From positions 1 to 62,764 of IMG/VR virus record IMGVR_UViG_3300003868_000001: a stretch of DNA of 62,764 bases; one strand, 5' to 3'. Both the position numbers and the translations under genes were made by a program. The notes under the pieces are model-generated. The model made no database searches, was not told where the DNA came from, and worked only from the letters and a program-made list of their open reading frames with translations. The stretch comes from a virus (lineage: Duplodnaviria; Caudoviricetes). This document shows, piece after piece, positions 36,158 through 45,629 of this stretch (its first letter is position 1; each line of letters begins with the position of its first letter).

Positions 36158-36910
36158 TTACTCGGCAGCAGCCGGAGCAGCGGCCTTGTCGGCCTTGGCT
36201 TTCGCAGCAGCTTCGGCAGCCGCGTTCTTCTCGGCGACCTTCGCAGCCTTGGCAGCTTCGCGTTCGGCTTTCTTGGCCGCGTTCGCCTTTTCACGCTCGG
36301 CCTTGGCAGCTTCGCGCTCTTCGGCCTTGCGGTTCTTGCCGAGGTCGGGGTCTTCCAGGTTGTGCTTCTTGTACCACGCGGCACGACGTTCGGCGTATTC
36401 GGCGTCGGTCGGTTCCGTGACGGTCATCAGGCCAGCAGCTTCCCAGTTGATGATGTCCCACGCCAGAGTGCCTTCGCCCTCGATCGCATCGATCACCAAC
36501 ATACCGTCCTTGTAGTTGGGCCAGCGATGACCGCGACCCTCAGCGCCCGTGTGCTGTTTCACGATGTTGACCACCGAGAACATCTTGCGGGTCGGACGTT
36601 TCACATACTGCGCAGCAGCCGGTTTCGCCAGCTTGCGGTCCTTGGGTTCCTTCGGAGCCTTCGGTGCCTTGGCAGCTTTCGGCGCGGGCGCTTCAGCGCC
36701 ACCGGCCTCGGCCTTGACGGTCTCGTCGAACTTCTGCAGGGCTTTCCAGGTCTGCACGACGGCAGTCTCGTGGTCCTTGAACGCCTTGATCGTGGCGACG
36801 CCGAGGTTGGTCGCAACGAGGTTGCGCAGGGTCATCAGGTTTTCTATGCTTTCAGACTGGAGCGACGCTTCGGTGTGCTCTTTGTCCATGAACTTGATTT
36901 TGTCGGTCAC
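36158..36910 (-). CDS. Ala/Lys-rich hypothetical protein
   Basis: GGAG RBS before GTG 36910; strongly biased codons; basic AK-rich tail. Confidence 0.7.
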   Translation of the reverse strand: MTDKIKFMDKEHTEASLQSESIENLMTLRNLVATNLGVATIKAFKDHETAVVQTWKALQKFDETVKAEAGGAEAPAPKAAKAPKAPKEPKDRKLAKPAAAQYVKRPTRKMFSVVNIVKQHTGAEGRGHRWPNYKDGMLVIDAIEGEGTLAWDIINWEAAGLMTVTEPTDAEYAERRAAWYKKHNLEDPDLGKNRKAEEREAAKAEREKANAAKKAEREAAKAAKVAEKNAAAEAAAKAKADKAAAPAAAE

Positions 36911-36966
36911 GATTGACTCCATTTCTACGATGCGGTTCTTTGGCAACACATGCCGCCAACACTCGA

Positions 36967-36995
36967 ACACTAACCCGTCGATGTATTGGCGGCAA
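36967..36995 (-). promoter_or_regulatory. sigma70-like promoter
   Basis: TTGCCG-N17-TAGTGT. Confidence 0.55.
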
Positions 36996-37021
36996 GCATT
37001 ATTTGTCCGTGTCTGACCTAT

Positions 37022-38866
37022 TTAGTCAGCACAGGCACCAGTCTTGCGTCCATGCTCATCAAGAGCACAGGCACCAGCGAAACCATCTTCGAGTTGAAGC
37101 TCGACCACCTTGGCGATTTCCTCGTCTTTGGCTTCGTCACCATCAGCAGCCTTGATGGGTTCGTCATAGTTCCCTGCCGGACGGTAGGTCGTGATGCCTT
37201 TCGCACCGTTCTCCCAAGCCATCATGTAGATGTCCTTGAAGTCAGTGTAAGGCATGTCAGCCGGGACGTTGCAGGTTTTGCTGACAGCACTGTCGCTCCA
37301 CCGTTGGGCAGTACACAGGACAGCCACATGCTCAGCCGCTGTGATGTTCCCATGGGTGACGGTACGGCCCTTGACGCCCAAGTAGGCGACTCCATAGTCC
37401 GGGATGAGAACCGTCTTCATGCCGTCTTTCATGATGACGTTGCGCTTCTGTTCGTACGCAATCACAGGCTCGATGCCGGAGGTCACGTTGTCAGCATAGA
37501 GCGAAATCGTACCGGTCGGAGCGATGCTCGTCAGGTGCGAATTGCGGATGCCATGCTTCTTGATCAGAGCGATCGTGTCTGCCCACAAGCCCTTGACGAA
37601 CTTGCTCTTCAGGTACGACTCGGCTTCGTACAGCGGGAACGAGCCTTTCTCAGCCGACAGCAACGCCGAAGCCTGATAGCACTTGTTCGCGATGAACTCC
37701 ATGAGTTTGTCCTGGAACTCGATGAAGTCCGGCGTGCCGTAGGGCAGGCCCATCGCTTCCAGAGCATTCGCAAGGCCGGTCACACCGAGACCCATGCGGC
37801 GCTTTCTTTGGGCTTCCTGCTTCTGCTGCGGCAACGGATAGCGGCTGCGGTCGATGACGTTGTCCATCGCACGAACCACAGGCGGAATGTCCGCTGCCAG
37901 CATGTCGAAGTCGAATCCGTACAGAGGTGCATCATCACGCTTGTAGAGATACTTGACGAGGTTGAAGCTGCCCAAGAGACAGGCTCCGTACGGAGGGAGA
38001 GGTTGTTCGCCGCACGGATTGGTCGCTGCGATTGTTTCGCAGTAGTAGAGATTGTTCATCTCGTTGATGCGGTCGATGAACAGAACGCCGGGTTCGGCCC
38101 AGTCGTAGGTGCCGCGCATGATCATGTCCCAGAGAGCACGAGCATTAACCTCGCGGTAGTTCTTGCCGCCGAAACGCAGCATGAACATCTTGTCGCCCTT
38201 GACGGCTTCCATCAGTTCATCAGTGACGGCGATCGACATGTTGAACCCACGAAGCGGGCGCATGTCCCACGGGATCGCACTGTCCATGACTTGCTTGGCG
38301 CGGATGAACTTCTCGATGTCAGGATGGTCACAGCGAAGCACCATCATCTGTGCGCCCCTGCGGTTCCCGGCGCTGGTCGTAGCACGGCACACCATGTCCA
38401 GGATGCCTGCAAAGGCAAGGGGACCGTCGGTCGCACTGTCCACGCCCTTGATAATGTCACCTGATGGACGCAAGGTGGAGAAGTCGTAGCCGACGCCGCC
38501 GCCTTGACGCATGGTAGTCGCGGCCAACTTGGCGACGTCCATGATGCTTTCGGAGTGGAAATAGCCGTTGCTGCGCTCGATGATTTTCTCGGCCTCGGTC
38601 GGACCATCAACAAAGCTGTCGTGAATTGTCGGCATCACGAAGCAGTTGTAGAGTGTCACGTTCTTGAGCGATCCAGCACCAGCCTGAACTCGGCCGGGAG
38701 GCATGAACCGCTGTTCCATCAGGATAGAGCGAAATGCCATGTAGTGATCGTGGTTGTCTTGAAGGAAGCCAGCGACACGATTGGTGGCCTCTCTGAAGTC
38801 TTCGTTTTGGCCGCGATACTTTTCAGCACCGATCGCGTCACAGTGCGGGTTCTGTGGTCCAGACAT
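37022..38866 (-). CDS. nrdJ: Class II (B12-dependent) ribonucleotide reductase
   Basis: RRGAQM, TNPCGEQPL...CLLGS, SIAPTGTIS; no beta subunit gene recognised. Confidence 0.88.
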   Translation of the reverse strand: MSGPQNPHCDAIGAEKYRGQNEDFREATNRVAGFLQDNHDHYMAFRSILMEQRFMPPGRVQAGAGSLKNVTLYNCFVMPTIHDSFVDGPTEAEKIIERSNGYFHSESIMDVAKLAATTMRQGGGVGYDFSTLRPSGDIIKGVDSATDGPLAFAGILDMVCRATTSAGNRRGAQMMVLRCDHPDIEKFIRAKQVMDSAIPWDMRPLRGFNMSIAVTDELMEAVKGDKMFMLRFGGKNYREVNARALWDMIMRGTYDWAEPGVLFIDRINEMNNLYYCETIAATNPCGEQPLPPYGACLLGSFNLVKYLYKRDDAPLYGFDFDMLAADIPPVVRAMDNVIDRSRYPLPQQKQEAQRKRRMGLGVTGLANALEAMGLPYGTPDFIEFQDKLMEFIANKCYQASALLSAEKGSFPLYEAESYLKSKFVKGLWADTIALIKKHGIRNSHLTSIAPTGTISLYADNVTSGIEPVIAYEQKRNVIMKDGMKTVLIPDYGVAYLGVKGRTVTHGNITAAEHVAVLCTAQRWSDSAVSKTCNVPADMPYTDFKDIYMMAWENGAKGITTYRPAGNYDEPIKAADGDEAKDEEIAKVVELQLEDGFAGACALDEHGRKTGACAD

Positions 38867-38901
38867 TCGTCTCTTCTCCTGACCTAGCATTTGTTTCCTA
38901 T

Positions 38902-40140
38902 CTACATTCTGACGATAGTCAGGTTTTCTGACGCTCGGGTTATAGCGGTATAGAGCCAACGGTCTCTCTGACTCTTGAAGCAAAACGACTCGTCAAAAAC
39001 ACAAACGCTTTCCCACTGGGAGCCTTGTGATTTGTGACAAGTCAGGGCGTAGCCATAGTCGAACTCGTGGGCCTCAGAACGAAGCCAGTATTGCTTTTCG
39101 AGCTCTTTGCCGCGACCAAGGAAGTGATGCTCCAAGGCAGCGACGTTGATGCTCATTGGGTTATCTTCTGGATGAACCGACATGTGGACCTTGCTGTCCA
39201 TCACACCTTCGACATCACTGACGTTAAAGATAGCCCCGTTTAGCAAGCCTAACTCATTGTTATTGCGTAGACAAACCAAACGGTCACCGACTACAGGGTA
39301 CGGATCGTGGATATCACGCAGCTTGCGAAGCTTCATGTTGCTGGCATGGCGCGTGACGTTCTTGCCCACAAGCACCTGATCAAAGCTGAGGATCTGTTCA
39401 GGATCGAGCTTCGTACCTTGCGGGTAGACGAAGCAGCCTTGGCCCCAGTCACCGAGTTCGAGACGCTCACCGTTCCGAACCTTGGTCGCCATTCTGAGGA
39501 TGGGAGACTCAGCAGCCTGACGGTGAATTTCATCAAGCATGATGTCCGGGCGAACACCCTCGGTGAAGTACCCAGCGCCACCAACTGGAGGCAACTGAGC
39601 GGGATCACCCAAGACAAGGATAGGCGTCTTGAACGACATCAGGTCCTGCCCCATTTGGGCATCAACCATGGAACATTCATCAATGACGATAAGCGGTGCG
39701 TCCTTGACAATGCTCTCTTTGTTCAGCGTGAACTGCGGCTGCGAAGCGTTCTTGGCTTCTTCCTCAATCGCCTTGTGCAACGCTCGCACCTTCGGGTGAT
39801 TGTTGATGAAGTCGTCTTCCATGTCTTTCATGTCAGCAAGGAGCAACACGAGTTGCTCTTCGAGCTCTTTCAGGTGAGCCTTGCTTTTGTCACGGCTTCG
39901 GTAGATGAGAGAGTGGATAGTGGCTGCATTTTCACAGCCTTTGGTTCGCAGGACGTGAGCCGCTTTCCCAGTGTACGCGGCGAACAGAACACCTTCACCG
40001 ATAGTCTCGGCGAGGTACTTTGCGAGCGTTGTCTTCCCGGTGCCAGCATACCCAAAGAGGTGGAACACCTGCTTCTCGCTGTTGTGATACCAACGGTTCA
40101 CAGCGACAAGGGCCGCATCCTGCTGCGGTGCGAATATCAT
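38902..40140 (-). CDS. RecD/Dda-like SF1 helicase
   Basis: GYAGTGKTT, DECSMV, GDPAQLPPV, YALTCHKSQGS, YTAITRA. Confidence 0.9.
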   Translation of the reverse strand: MIFAPQQDAALVAVNRWYHNSEKQVFHLFGYAGTGKTTLAKYLAETIGEGVLFAAYTGKAAHVLRTKGCENAATIHSLIYRSRDKSKAHLKELEEQLVLLLADMKDMEDDFINNHPKVRALHKAIEEEAKNASQPQFTLNKESIVKDAPLIVIDECSMVDAQMGQDLMSFKTPILVLGDPAQLPPVGGAGYFTEGVRPDIMLDEIHRQAAESPILRMATKVRNGERLELGDWGQGCFVYPQGTKLDPEQILSFDQVLVGKNVTRHASNMKLRKLRDIHDPYPVVGDRLVCLRNNNELGLLNGAIFNVSDVEGVMDSKVHMSVHPEDNPMSINVAALEHHFLGRGKELEKQYWLRSEAHEFDYGYALTCHKSQGSQWESVCVFDESFCFKSQRDRWLYTAITRASENLTIVRM

Positions 40141-40158
40141 GTAGCCCTCCTGACTGAA

Positions 40159-40184
40159 ACGGACGGGGAATTACCCCCGCCCGT
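40159..40184 (-). terminator. Terminator after SSB-like gene
   Basis: ACGGGCGGGG/CCCCGTCCGT stem followed by a short T run. Confidence 0.55.
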
Positions 40185-40202
40185 CTATGAATGTTCCGTC
40201 GA

Positions 40203-41075
40203 TCAGAACGGAATTTCAGTGTCGTCAGAGGACAGAGGCTTGGATTGACCACCCCGGCCAGCCGAGGCCGACTCGTCGTCGCCACCAGCACCAAGGCTGT
40301 CGAAGTCAGCACGGGCCAGACCGTTCTCGATCATGGTGCCGAATTCCTTGGCTTCCTTCAGCAGAGGCATGTCTTCGGCCGGATTGATCAACGACTCTTT
40401 CCACGTATCGGCCATCGGGCTGATCTTGTAGTTGTAGTAGGTGCCGCTGTCGTTTTTCTGCTTGGTGGTCGAGATCTTGCAACGGTTCGCGAAGATCGGC
40501 GGACGGCCTTTCTGCGTGTACATCGCCGTCATCCAGTCCTTGTGGACCTTGATCTTGGTAGATGAGAAGCTGAGAACGCAGTAGCCTTCGGTCTGCTTGC
40601 CGTCGGCGTCCATGATCAGACAGTAGACATAGTAGGTCTCGACCAGATCGTTGCCAGCAGGCGACTTGAACTGGATGCGTTTCCCGTCTGCGTCCTTGGG
40701 CGGAATGCGCGACCCGCCGTTCTTGGCGATTGCATCCTTGAACACCTGCGAGTCCAGTTCATGACGATCGACCAGACCGCCGCCCTTGGTCCGCGGAACC
40801 CATTCGACGACAGCAGCTTCCTTGTACACCGGGATGATGGTGACCGGCTGTTTCAGGATTTCTTTGGTCACCGAGTTGATCAGATCACCGGCCTTGCAGC
40901 CTTCGATCGTCTGGTCCTCGACTTCCGGCGAGTTGGACTGCAACACGTTGATGAACGGAATGGAAAGGTCGTTGATCGTCGTGCCTTCGAAACCGGAGTG
41001 AGAATACTCACCATAGTCGTACCCTGTGGATGCGACTGCGGTTCCTTTCGTTTCAGCTACTTCTTTGCCAGCCAT
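40203..41075 (-). CDS. ssDNA-binding/annealing protein
   Basis: DL.IP....LQ..SP motif; acidic DDTEIPF C-terminus. Confidence 0.7.
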   Translation of the reverse strand: MAGKEVAETKGTAVASTGYDYGEYSHSGFEGTTINDLSIPFINVLQSNSPEVEDQTIEGCKAGDLINSVTKEILKQPVTIIPVYKEAAVVEWVPRTKGGGLVDRHELDSQVFKDAIAKNGGSRIPPKDADGKRIQFKSPAGNDLVETYYVYCLIMDADGKQTEGYCVLSFSSTKIKVHKDWMTAMYTQKGRPPIFANRCKISTTKQKNDSGTYYNYKISPMADTWKESLINPAEDMPLLKEAKEFGTMIENGLARADFDSLGAGGDDESASAGRGGQSKPLSSDDTEIPF

Positions 41076-41129
41076 GATGGCTCCTTTCGGCTATCGTTGA
41101 TGGGGATGCACCCCACGCTCACCACTATC

Positions 41130-41318
41130 CTAGGTGACAGGATTGGTCATGCTCACGTCCACTGAAATTTCGTCAGGAACTTTGCCGACGGTAACTTCGG
41201 CAACTGAGCCAATGACTGCAATCGAAATGTAGCCGCCTTGAGAAAGAGCGGCATTCACAGCAGCAGTCACGATCACAGCCAACTTTTCGTTGGTAATTTC
41301 ATTGATGTCAGTTTTCAC
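41130..41318 (-). CDS. Hypothetical protein
   Basis: GTGA-coupled ORF. Confidence 0.45.
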   Translation of the reverse strand: MKTDINEITNEKLAVIVTAAVNAALSQGGYISIAVIGSVAEVTVGKVPDEISVDVSMTNPVT

Positions 41319-41863
41319 AGGTCTTTCACCTTTGCTGTGCGCTGGCGGAAAATGCCAAACGTCTCTCTGGGCAGATCAACACCGTCGCCAAGGCGTTCCT
41401 TGACCCAAGAGTTGAGGGTTGCATGATGGACCGAGAAGTTGCTCTTCATCACAAGCTGCATACCAAGTTTCTGGACAGCCTCGATGAAAGCCTTGCTGCG
41501 GGCCTCGTCGCCCTTGGGGAACTCGAATATCAGTTCGCGCTTCACGATGTGGCCGTAACCGTTGTCGTCCAACCACTTGATCGCAGGGTCGCGCTTCTCG
41601 CCAGCAATGCTGGAACGGATCTCTTCTTTGACGGTCAGCTCGCGACCATCGCCGAGGTTGAACTTGCCTTCCATACCGTCGGTCGCCTGCGGAATACGCA
41701 TTTCTGCGATGTCCTTCAGTTCTGCTTGGGCTGTCTCAAGTTCAGCAGCGATGCGGGCTACCTTGGCCTCAGCTGCGAGATACTCGTCTGCCAGCGTGCG
41801 TAATACAGCGGTCAGATTGTCTGAGGGACGGTCATCGCGGAACGCTGCATAGTCGTCTTGCAT
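41315..41863 (-). CDS. Conserved phage replication-module protein
   Basis: WL..NG.G.IVK...VH..TL..WVKE motif. Confidence 0.7.
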   Translation of the reverse strand: MQDDYAAFRDDRPSDNLTAVLRTLADEYLAAEAKVARIAAELETAQAELKDIAEMRIPQATDGMEGKFNLGDGRELTVKEEIRSSIAGEKRDPAIKWLDDNGYGHIVKRELIFEFPKGDEARSKAFIEAVQKLGMQLVMKSNFSVHHATLNSWVKERLGDGVDLPRETFGIFRQRTAKVKDL

Positions 41864-41892
41864 CTGTGAAACCCTTTGTTGTCAGCTTGTAC

Positions 41893-41921
41893 ACTATGCC
41901 CCAACGGCGCACAAAAGACAA
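41893..41921 (-). promoter_or_regulatory. sigma70-like promoter
   Basis: TTGTCT-N17-CATAGT. Confidence 0.65.
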
Positions 41922-41923
41922 CC

Positions 41924-42271
41924 TTAATATATCTTCGCGACAATCTCGGTGTACTCATTGTGTCTTCCGCTCCACTGGAGAAGCTTGACACAACCGCCGT
42001 TGTAGTGAGCAGCGATAGTCGTCGCCATTCCGATGAGACCTGGATTGCCGATCAGAAGAAGATGATCTTTGTCCGTGAAGTCAGACAGCTTTTCGTGCAT
42101 GTCACCCAAGACAAGGCCGGGGTTGAACGGATGCGCCGAGGGCGAAAGGAGATACTGGATCTCCCCCCACCGCTCAGCCTTGTTGATAGATGTGAAGCGG
42201 GGAACCAGTTCCTTGCTGACCTGATCGAACCGCATCTGTTGCTGAACTGCGAAGACTGTCATTATATCCAA
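41924..42271 (-). CDS. Hypothetical protein
   Basis: Coupled to helicase; D.LLL.G.P motif. Confidence 0.65.
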   Translation of the reverse strand: MDIMTVFAVQQQMRFDQVSKELVPRFTSINKAERWGEIQYLLSPSAHPFNPGLVLGDMHEKLSDFTDKDHLLLIGNPGLIGMATTIAAHYNGGCVKLLQWSGRHNEYTEIVAKIY

Positions 42272-43734
42272 GCCTTGAGTGCGTCGCCAAGGATTTCGGC
42301 TGCAACGTCCTTCTTGTTGCGCAGATTCGTGACGATGTGTTCATCGATGTCAGAGTCACTCATGATGTCGATATAGTTGACGGGATGCTCGTCCATTCCG
42401 CCGCGATGAGCACGATCCTCTGACTGGAGCCGGTCCAGCAAGCGGAACGAATTCGAATAGTAGACCATTGTCTTGGCCTGCGTCAGCGTCAGACCGGAGC
42501 CACCCTTTTGGGCATTCCCGACGAACCACTGAACATCGCCTTTCTGGAAGGCCAGCTTGTTCTTCTCAGACTGGTCCTGGTCAACCTTGCCGTCATAGCG
42601 AACAGCAGTCTTGCCGAGGAGATCCATGATCTGATCGATGTCGTGGCTGAACCGTGCCCAAATGATGCCAGGATGGTAGGTCTCGTCACGGATTTGCTCC
42701 ATGGCTCCGAGGCGAGGGTTCTTGTCCGAGAACATATGGACAGGCTCTTCGTCGCCGACCGGAACATAGTTGCAACTGATCTGCTGGAGACGAAGCTGCT
42801 TGACGATCGGAAGTTCAGCAGTGATTAGATGGTCACCGATCTCGAGCATTAGTTCGTCTTCAAGTTGGCTGTAGGCCGCTTTCATTTCGCGCGACATTTC
42901 GAAGTATCGCTTCGAGTACAGCTTCGGCGGAAGGTCGAGAACGTCGTCCTTCAAAACACGATCGCTGATCTCGTTGAGCCACTGATACAGCTTGTCGAGA
43001 TTCTGGTACTCGATCAGCTTGTCGTAGCCGGGATCATAGCCATGCAGAGCCTTGCAGTCGGCGGCTGTGAACCAGCGGCCAAAGAAGTTGCGAAACTCGA
43101 CAGTTCCATGGATGCCGTGGTTCTTCCAGAAAAACTCATCAAGGAACCGGATTTGACTGTAGACGTCGAATGGCCCAATAGCAACAGGAGTTCCCGTTAG
43201 GATTCGACGGAACTTCGCGTACTTGCCGGAAGCGACGATGCTCTTCGTGCGCTTGGCATTCGGAGTCTTGATGTTGTGCGCTTCGTCGAGGACGTACAGG
43301 CACTTGCGCTTCTGCAAGAACTTCCAGACCAGTTCCTTGCCTTCTTTGGTCATGAAGCCGTTGTAGCTGATGAGCAGCACCGACAGACCATCGTGGGTGA
43401 ACAGAGAGTTCATCGCCCGCTTGTGTGCGGCTGTTGCCTTGCGGGCTGTGCTGAACACCTGCACGCGCACGTCGAGGGAGATCTCAACTGGCATGTGCTT
43501 CGGTATCTCGTCCGTGTTCCAGTTGCGCTCAACTCCGGGAGGAGCGACAACCAGCAGGCCGTCGATCTCCCCTTCGGAGTACATGACAGCAGCAGTGTCG
43601 ATGATTGGCTTGGTCTTTGCCGTTCCCTGTTCCCAGAGCAAACCCCACGACTTTTCGCGCATGTGGTTCTTCAGATGGTTCAGCTGATGTTGGAAGGGAG
43701 TGACGGTGTGCGGGTAGTTTTCAATATCTAACAT
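42262..43734 (-). CDS. SNF2-like SF2 helicase
   Basis: EQGTAKT, LDEAH, LTGTP, GLTLT.A, QSEDRAHR.G. Confidence 0.9.
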   Translation of the reverse strand: MLDIENYPHTVTPFQHQLNHLKNHMREKSWGLLWEQGTAKTKPIIDTAAVMYSEGEIDGLLVVAPPGVERNWNTDEIPKHMPVEISLDVRVQVFSTARKATAAHKRAMNSLFTHDGLSVLLISYNGFMTKEGKELVWKFLQKRKCLYVLDEAHNIKTPNAKRTKSIVASGKYAKFRRILTGTPVAIGPFDVYSQIRFLDEFFWKNHGIHGTVEFRNFFGRWFTAADCKALHGYDPGYDKLIEYQNLDKLYQWLNEISDRVLKDDVLDLPPKLYSKRYFEMSREMKAAYSQLEDELMLEIGDHLITAELPIVKQLRLQQISCNYVPVGDEEPVHMFSDKNPRLGAMEQIRDETYHPGIIWARFSHDIDQIMDLLGKTAVRYDGKVDQDQSEKNKLAFQKGDVQWFVGNAQKGGSGLTLTQAKTMVYYSNSFRLLDRLQSEDRAHRGGMDEHPVNYIDIMSDSDIDEHIVTNLRNKKDVAAEILGDALKAWI

Positions 43735-43755
43735 ATGTGCTCCTTTTCTACGACC

Positions 43756-43784
43756 ATTATAGCAGCGCCAAGCCCAAGTGACAA
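43756..43784 (-). promoter_or_regulatory. Promoter of replication operon
   Basis: TTGTCA-N17-TATAAT. Confidence 0.75.
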
Positions 43785-43808
43785 AGGGCATATTTCGCTG
43801 ACAGTACC

Positions 43809-44064
43809 TGACATCACTGGGGACTTTCAAAGTGAAGTAAGTGATGTCACCCTTTTGCCTTTGTTTACAGTATCTTACTACTCTCTGACTATACTTACTA
43901 TACTTGCAATACTAAAAACAGGGTTACGGTAAAACGGCGGAGGGCTGGTGGTTGGGTTTTAGGTGCTGCCAGTGCTGCAAGTGATGTCAGGGACAAAAGG
44001 GCCAAGCATAACAGTCACTTGACACTTTGTCTCTGACATCACTTGACATCACTTGACACTACTT
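43809..44064. repeat. AAGTGATGTCA iteron-like repeats around an AT-rich tract (candidate origin)
   Basis: Copies at 43809(rc, partial), 43839, 43979, 44034(rc), 44044(rc), degenerate 44054(rc). Confidence 0.65.
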
Positions 44065-44868
44065 AGCAAACTTCTTGAGCACAATGTAGGCAACGACGAG
44101 CGCCGCCATCACAAAGATGCCAGCCGCAGCCCATTGCAAGGGACCGGGCGGAAGTGCCGTCACGGTAGCCAAGGCTCCGGGAATGATACCGGCGCTGATC
44201 TTGCCAAGGCTGTCGATATTCAGCTCGTCCTTGGCCTGTCCCATCAGGGCCATGTCCTCGGCTTCGGCCTTGCCCGGTGCAGCCATGAGCGGAGCAGCGA
44301 TGTTGGTCTGGCCTTCGAACAACCAGACAGCGCGATCGATGACGCCATGATCTTTGCCAGCCTGCACGCCGTCAATGACATCGCCCATCACACGACGGGT
44401 CCAGCCTTTGCCGAAGGTCTTGAACGTGGACAGACGCTTCATCCAGTTCCAGCGTTTCAAGCACAGAGCCTGGATGAGACCGCTGATATCGTTGCGACGT
44501 TTGATAGCGCCGAGAGTGACGTTGCCCATCACGCCGTCGACCTTCACACCAAGGATTTCCTGCAAGAACGTCACAGCGCGGGAAGGACCGGAGTTGATCG
44601 AGAAATCGTACATCGCGTAGTCGAGGCCAGCAGGTAGGTCATCGCCGTGGATCAAGTCCCAGTATTGGGATTTGTAGATGTCCAGAACCTCGGCCATCGT
44701 GATGCTGCGAACAGACTGACGAGGCTTGCCGATGCGATTGCGATACCCGTCATAGGTGCGCTGGATCACGCCCTTGTTTGTCGCACCACCCGGATCCTTT
44801 GGGTGATTGACATATCCACCTTCATGGACCAGTGCCCACTCGGTGCATTCATCGAAATTATCTTTCAT
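44059..44868 (-). CDS. Endolysin, GH108 plus PG-binding domain, C-terminal TM segments
   Basis: HEGGYVNHPKDPGGATNKGV; DG.MG..TL; FGKGW.RR. Confidence 0.9.
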   Translation of the reverse strand: MKDNFDECTEWALVHEGGYVNHPKDPGGATNKGVIQRTYDGYRNRIGKPRQSVRSITMAEVLDIYKSQYWDLIHGDDLPAGLDYAMYDFSINSGPSRAVTFLQEILGVKVDGVMGNVTLGAIKRRNDISGLIQALCLKRWNWMKRLSTFKTFGKGWTRRVMGDVIDGVQAGKDHGVIDRAVWLFEGQTNIAAPLMAAPGKAEAEDMALMGQAKDELNIDSLGKISAGIIPGALATVTALPPGPLQWAAAGIFVMAALVVAYIVLKKFAK

Positions 44869-44883
44869 GTTGATCTCCGTCTA

Positions 44884-45384
44884 TCAGGGTGTTGGTCCAC
44901 GAATTACCAGTTCGGGGAAGAAGTCAGAAGTCAGACCAGTGAACAGCACAGTCTCAGTTTCCCAGAAGGGATGGCAGCGATGCCGAATTCGTATGATCAG
45001 GGATGGCCCAAGAGGAGGACCAGGAGCCGTGAAAGTCCAAGGACCGAAGTACTGAGACCCGACTGGCCTGCTGCTCCAAGTCTCATTGGGCTCGAACTTC
45101 ACAGCGATCTTCTTCGCCGGATGGTTCACATCATTTACGAACTCATCAGTGAAGACTGTAAGGGTGCCCTCAATGGGTTCACACTCACCGCGTTCTTTGA
45201 TGAGGATACCTGAGACCTGTGTCGTGCCGTCCGGCATCATTTGAATTCCTTCCGGCAGGATTTCAAACTTTGTGATCACAGGAAACAAGATCTGTTTCAG
45301 ACGAGGACCAACGGCGTAAATGATTACGATCATCATCAAGAGGATGACCCACTGAAATAGACGATAGACGTGGTTCATGGTCAT
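44884..45384 (-). CDS. Membrane-anchored lysis-cassette protein
   Basis: N-terminal TM, periplasmic-type domain with two Cys. Confidence 0.55.
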   Translation of the reverse strand: MTMNHVYRLFQWVILLMMIVIIYAVGPRLKQILFPVITKFEILPEGIQMMPDGTTQVSGILIKERGECEPIEGTLTVFTDEFVNDVNHPAKKIAVKFEPNETWSSRPVGSQYFGPWTFTAPGPPLGPSLIIRIRHRCHPFWETETVLFTGLTSDFFPELVIRGPTP

Positions 45385-45629
45385 GGTTTCCCCGCTTTGA
45401 TGACTGGCCAGATCACTTCCGAGAATATGAAGCTGCCCAATGCAAGGATGACACCGCCAGACCAAATCAGCGCCGTCCTTAGACGGCGAGCTTCCATTTC
45501 CTTCTGTTCAGTGACATACTCATCGAAACGACTTTCCAATGTTTCGAGGTGCTTTTGCAGTCTCTCAGACGTCCGCTTCTCGTCTTGGAGTTCACGCTCC
45601 AGATCTCTTATGCGCTGCTCTTCAGTCAA
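45381..45629 (-). CDS. Coiled-coil membrane protein (holin/antiholin-like)
   Basis: Coiled coil plus C-terminal TM within lysis cassette. Confidence 0.5.
   Translation of the reverse strand: MTEEQRIRDLERELQDEKRTSERLQKHLETLESRFDEYVTEQKEMEARRLRTALIWSGGVILALGSFIFSEVIWPVIKAGKP

Noticed and set aside
37028-37077. 14-bp direct repeat AGCACAGGCACCAG
   Set aside because: Encodes the two GACA motifs at the RNR C-terminus, likely redox cysteines; protein-level explanation
7695-43780. UV photoproduct avoidance as the cause of TC depletion
   Set aside because: TT and CT steps are freely present in the same windows
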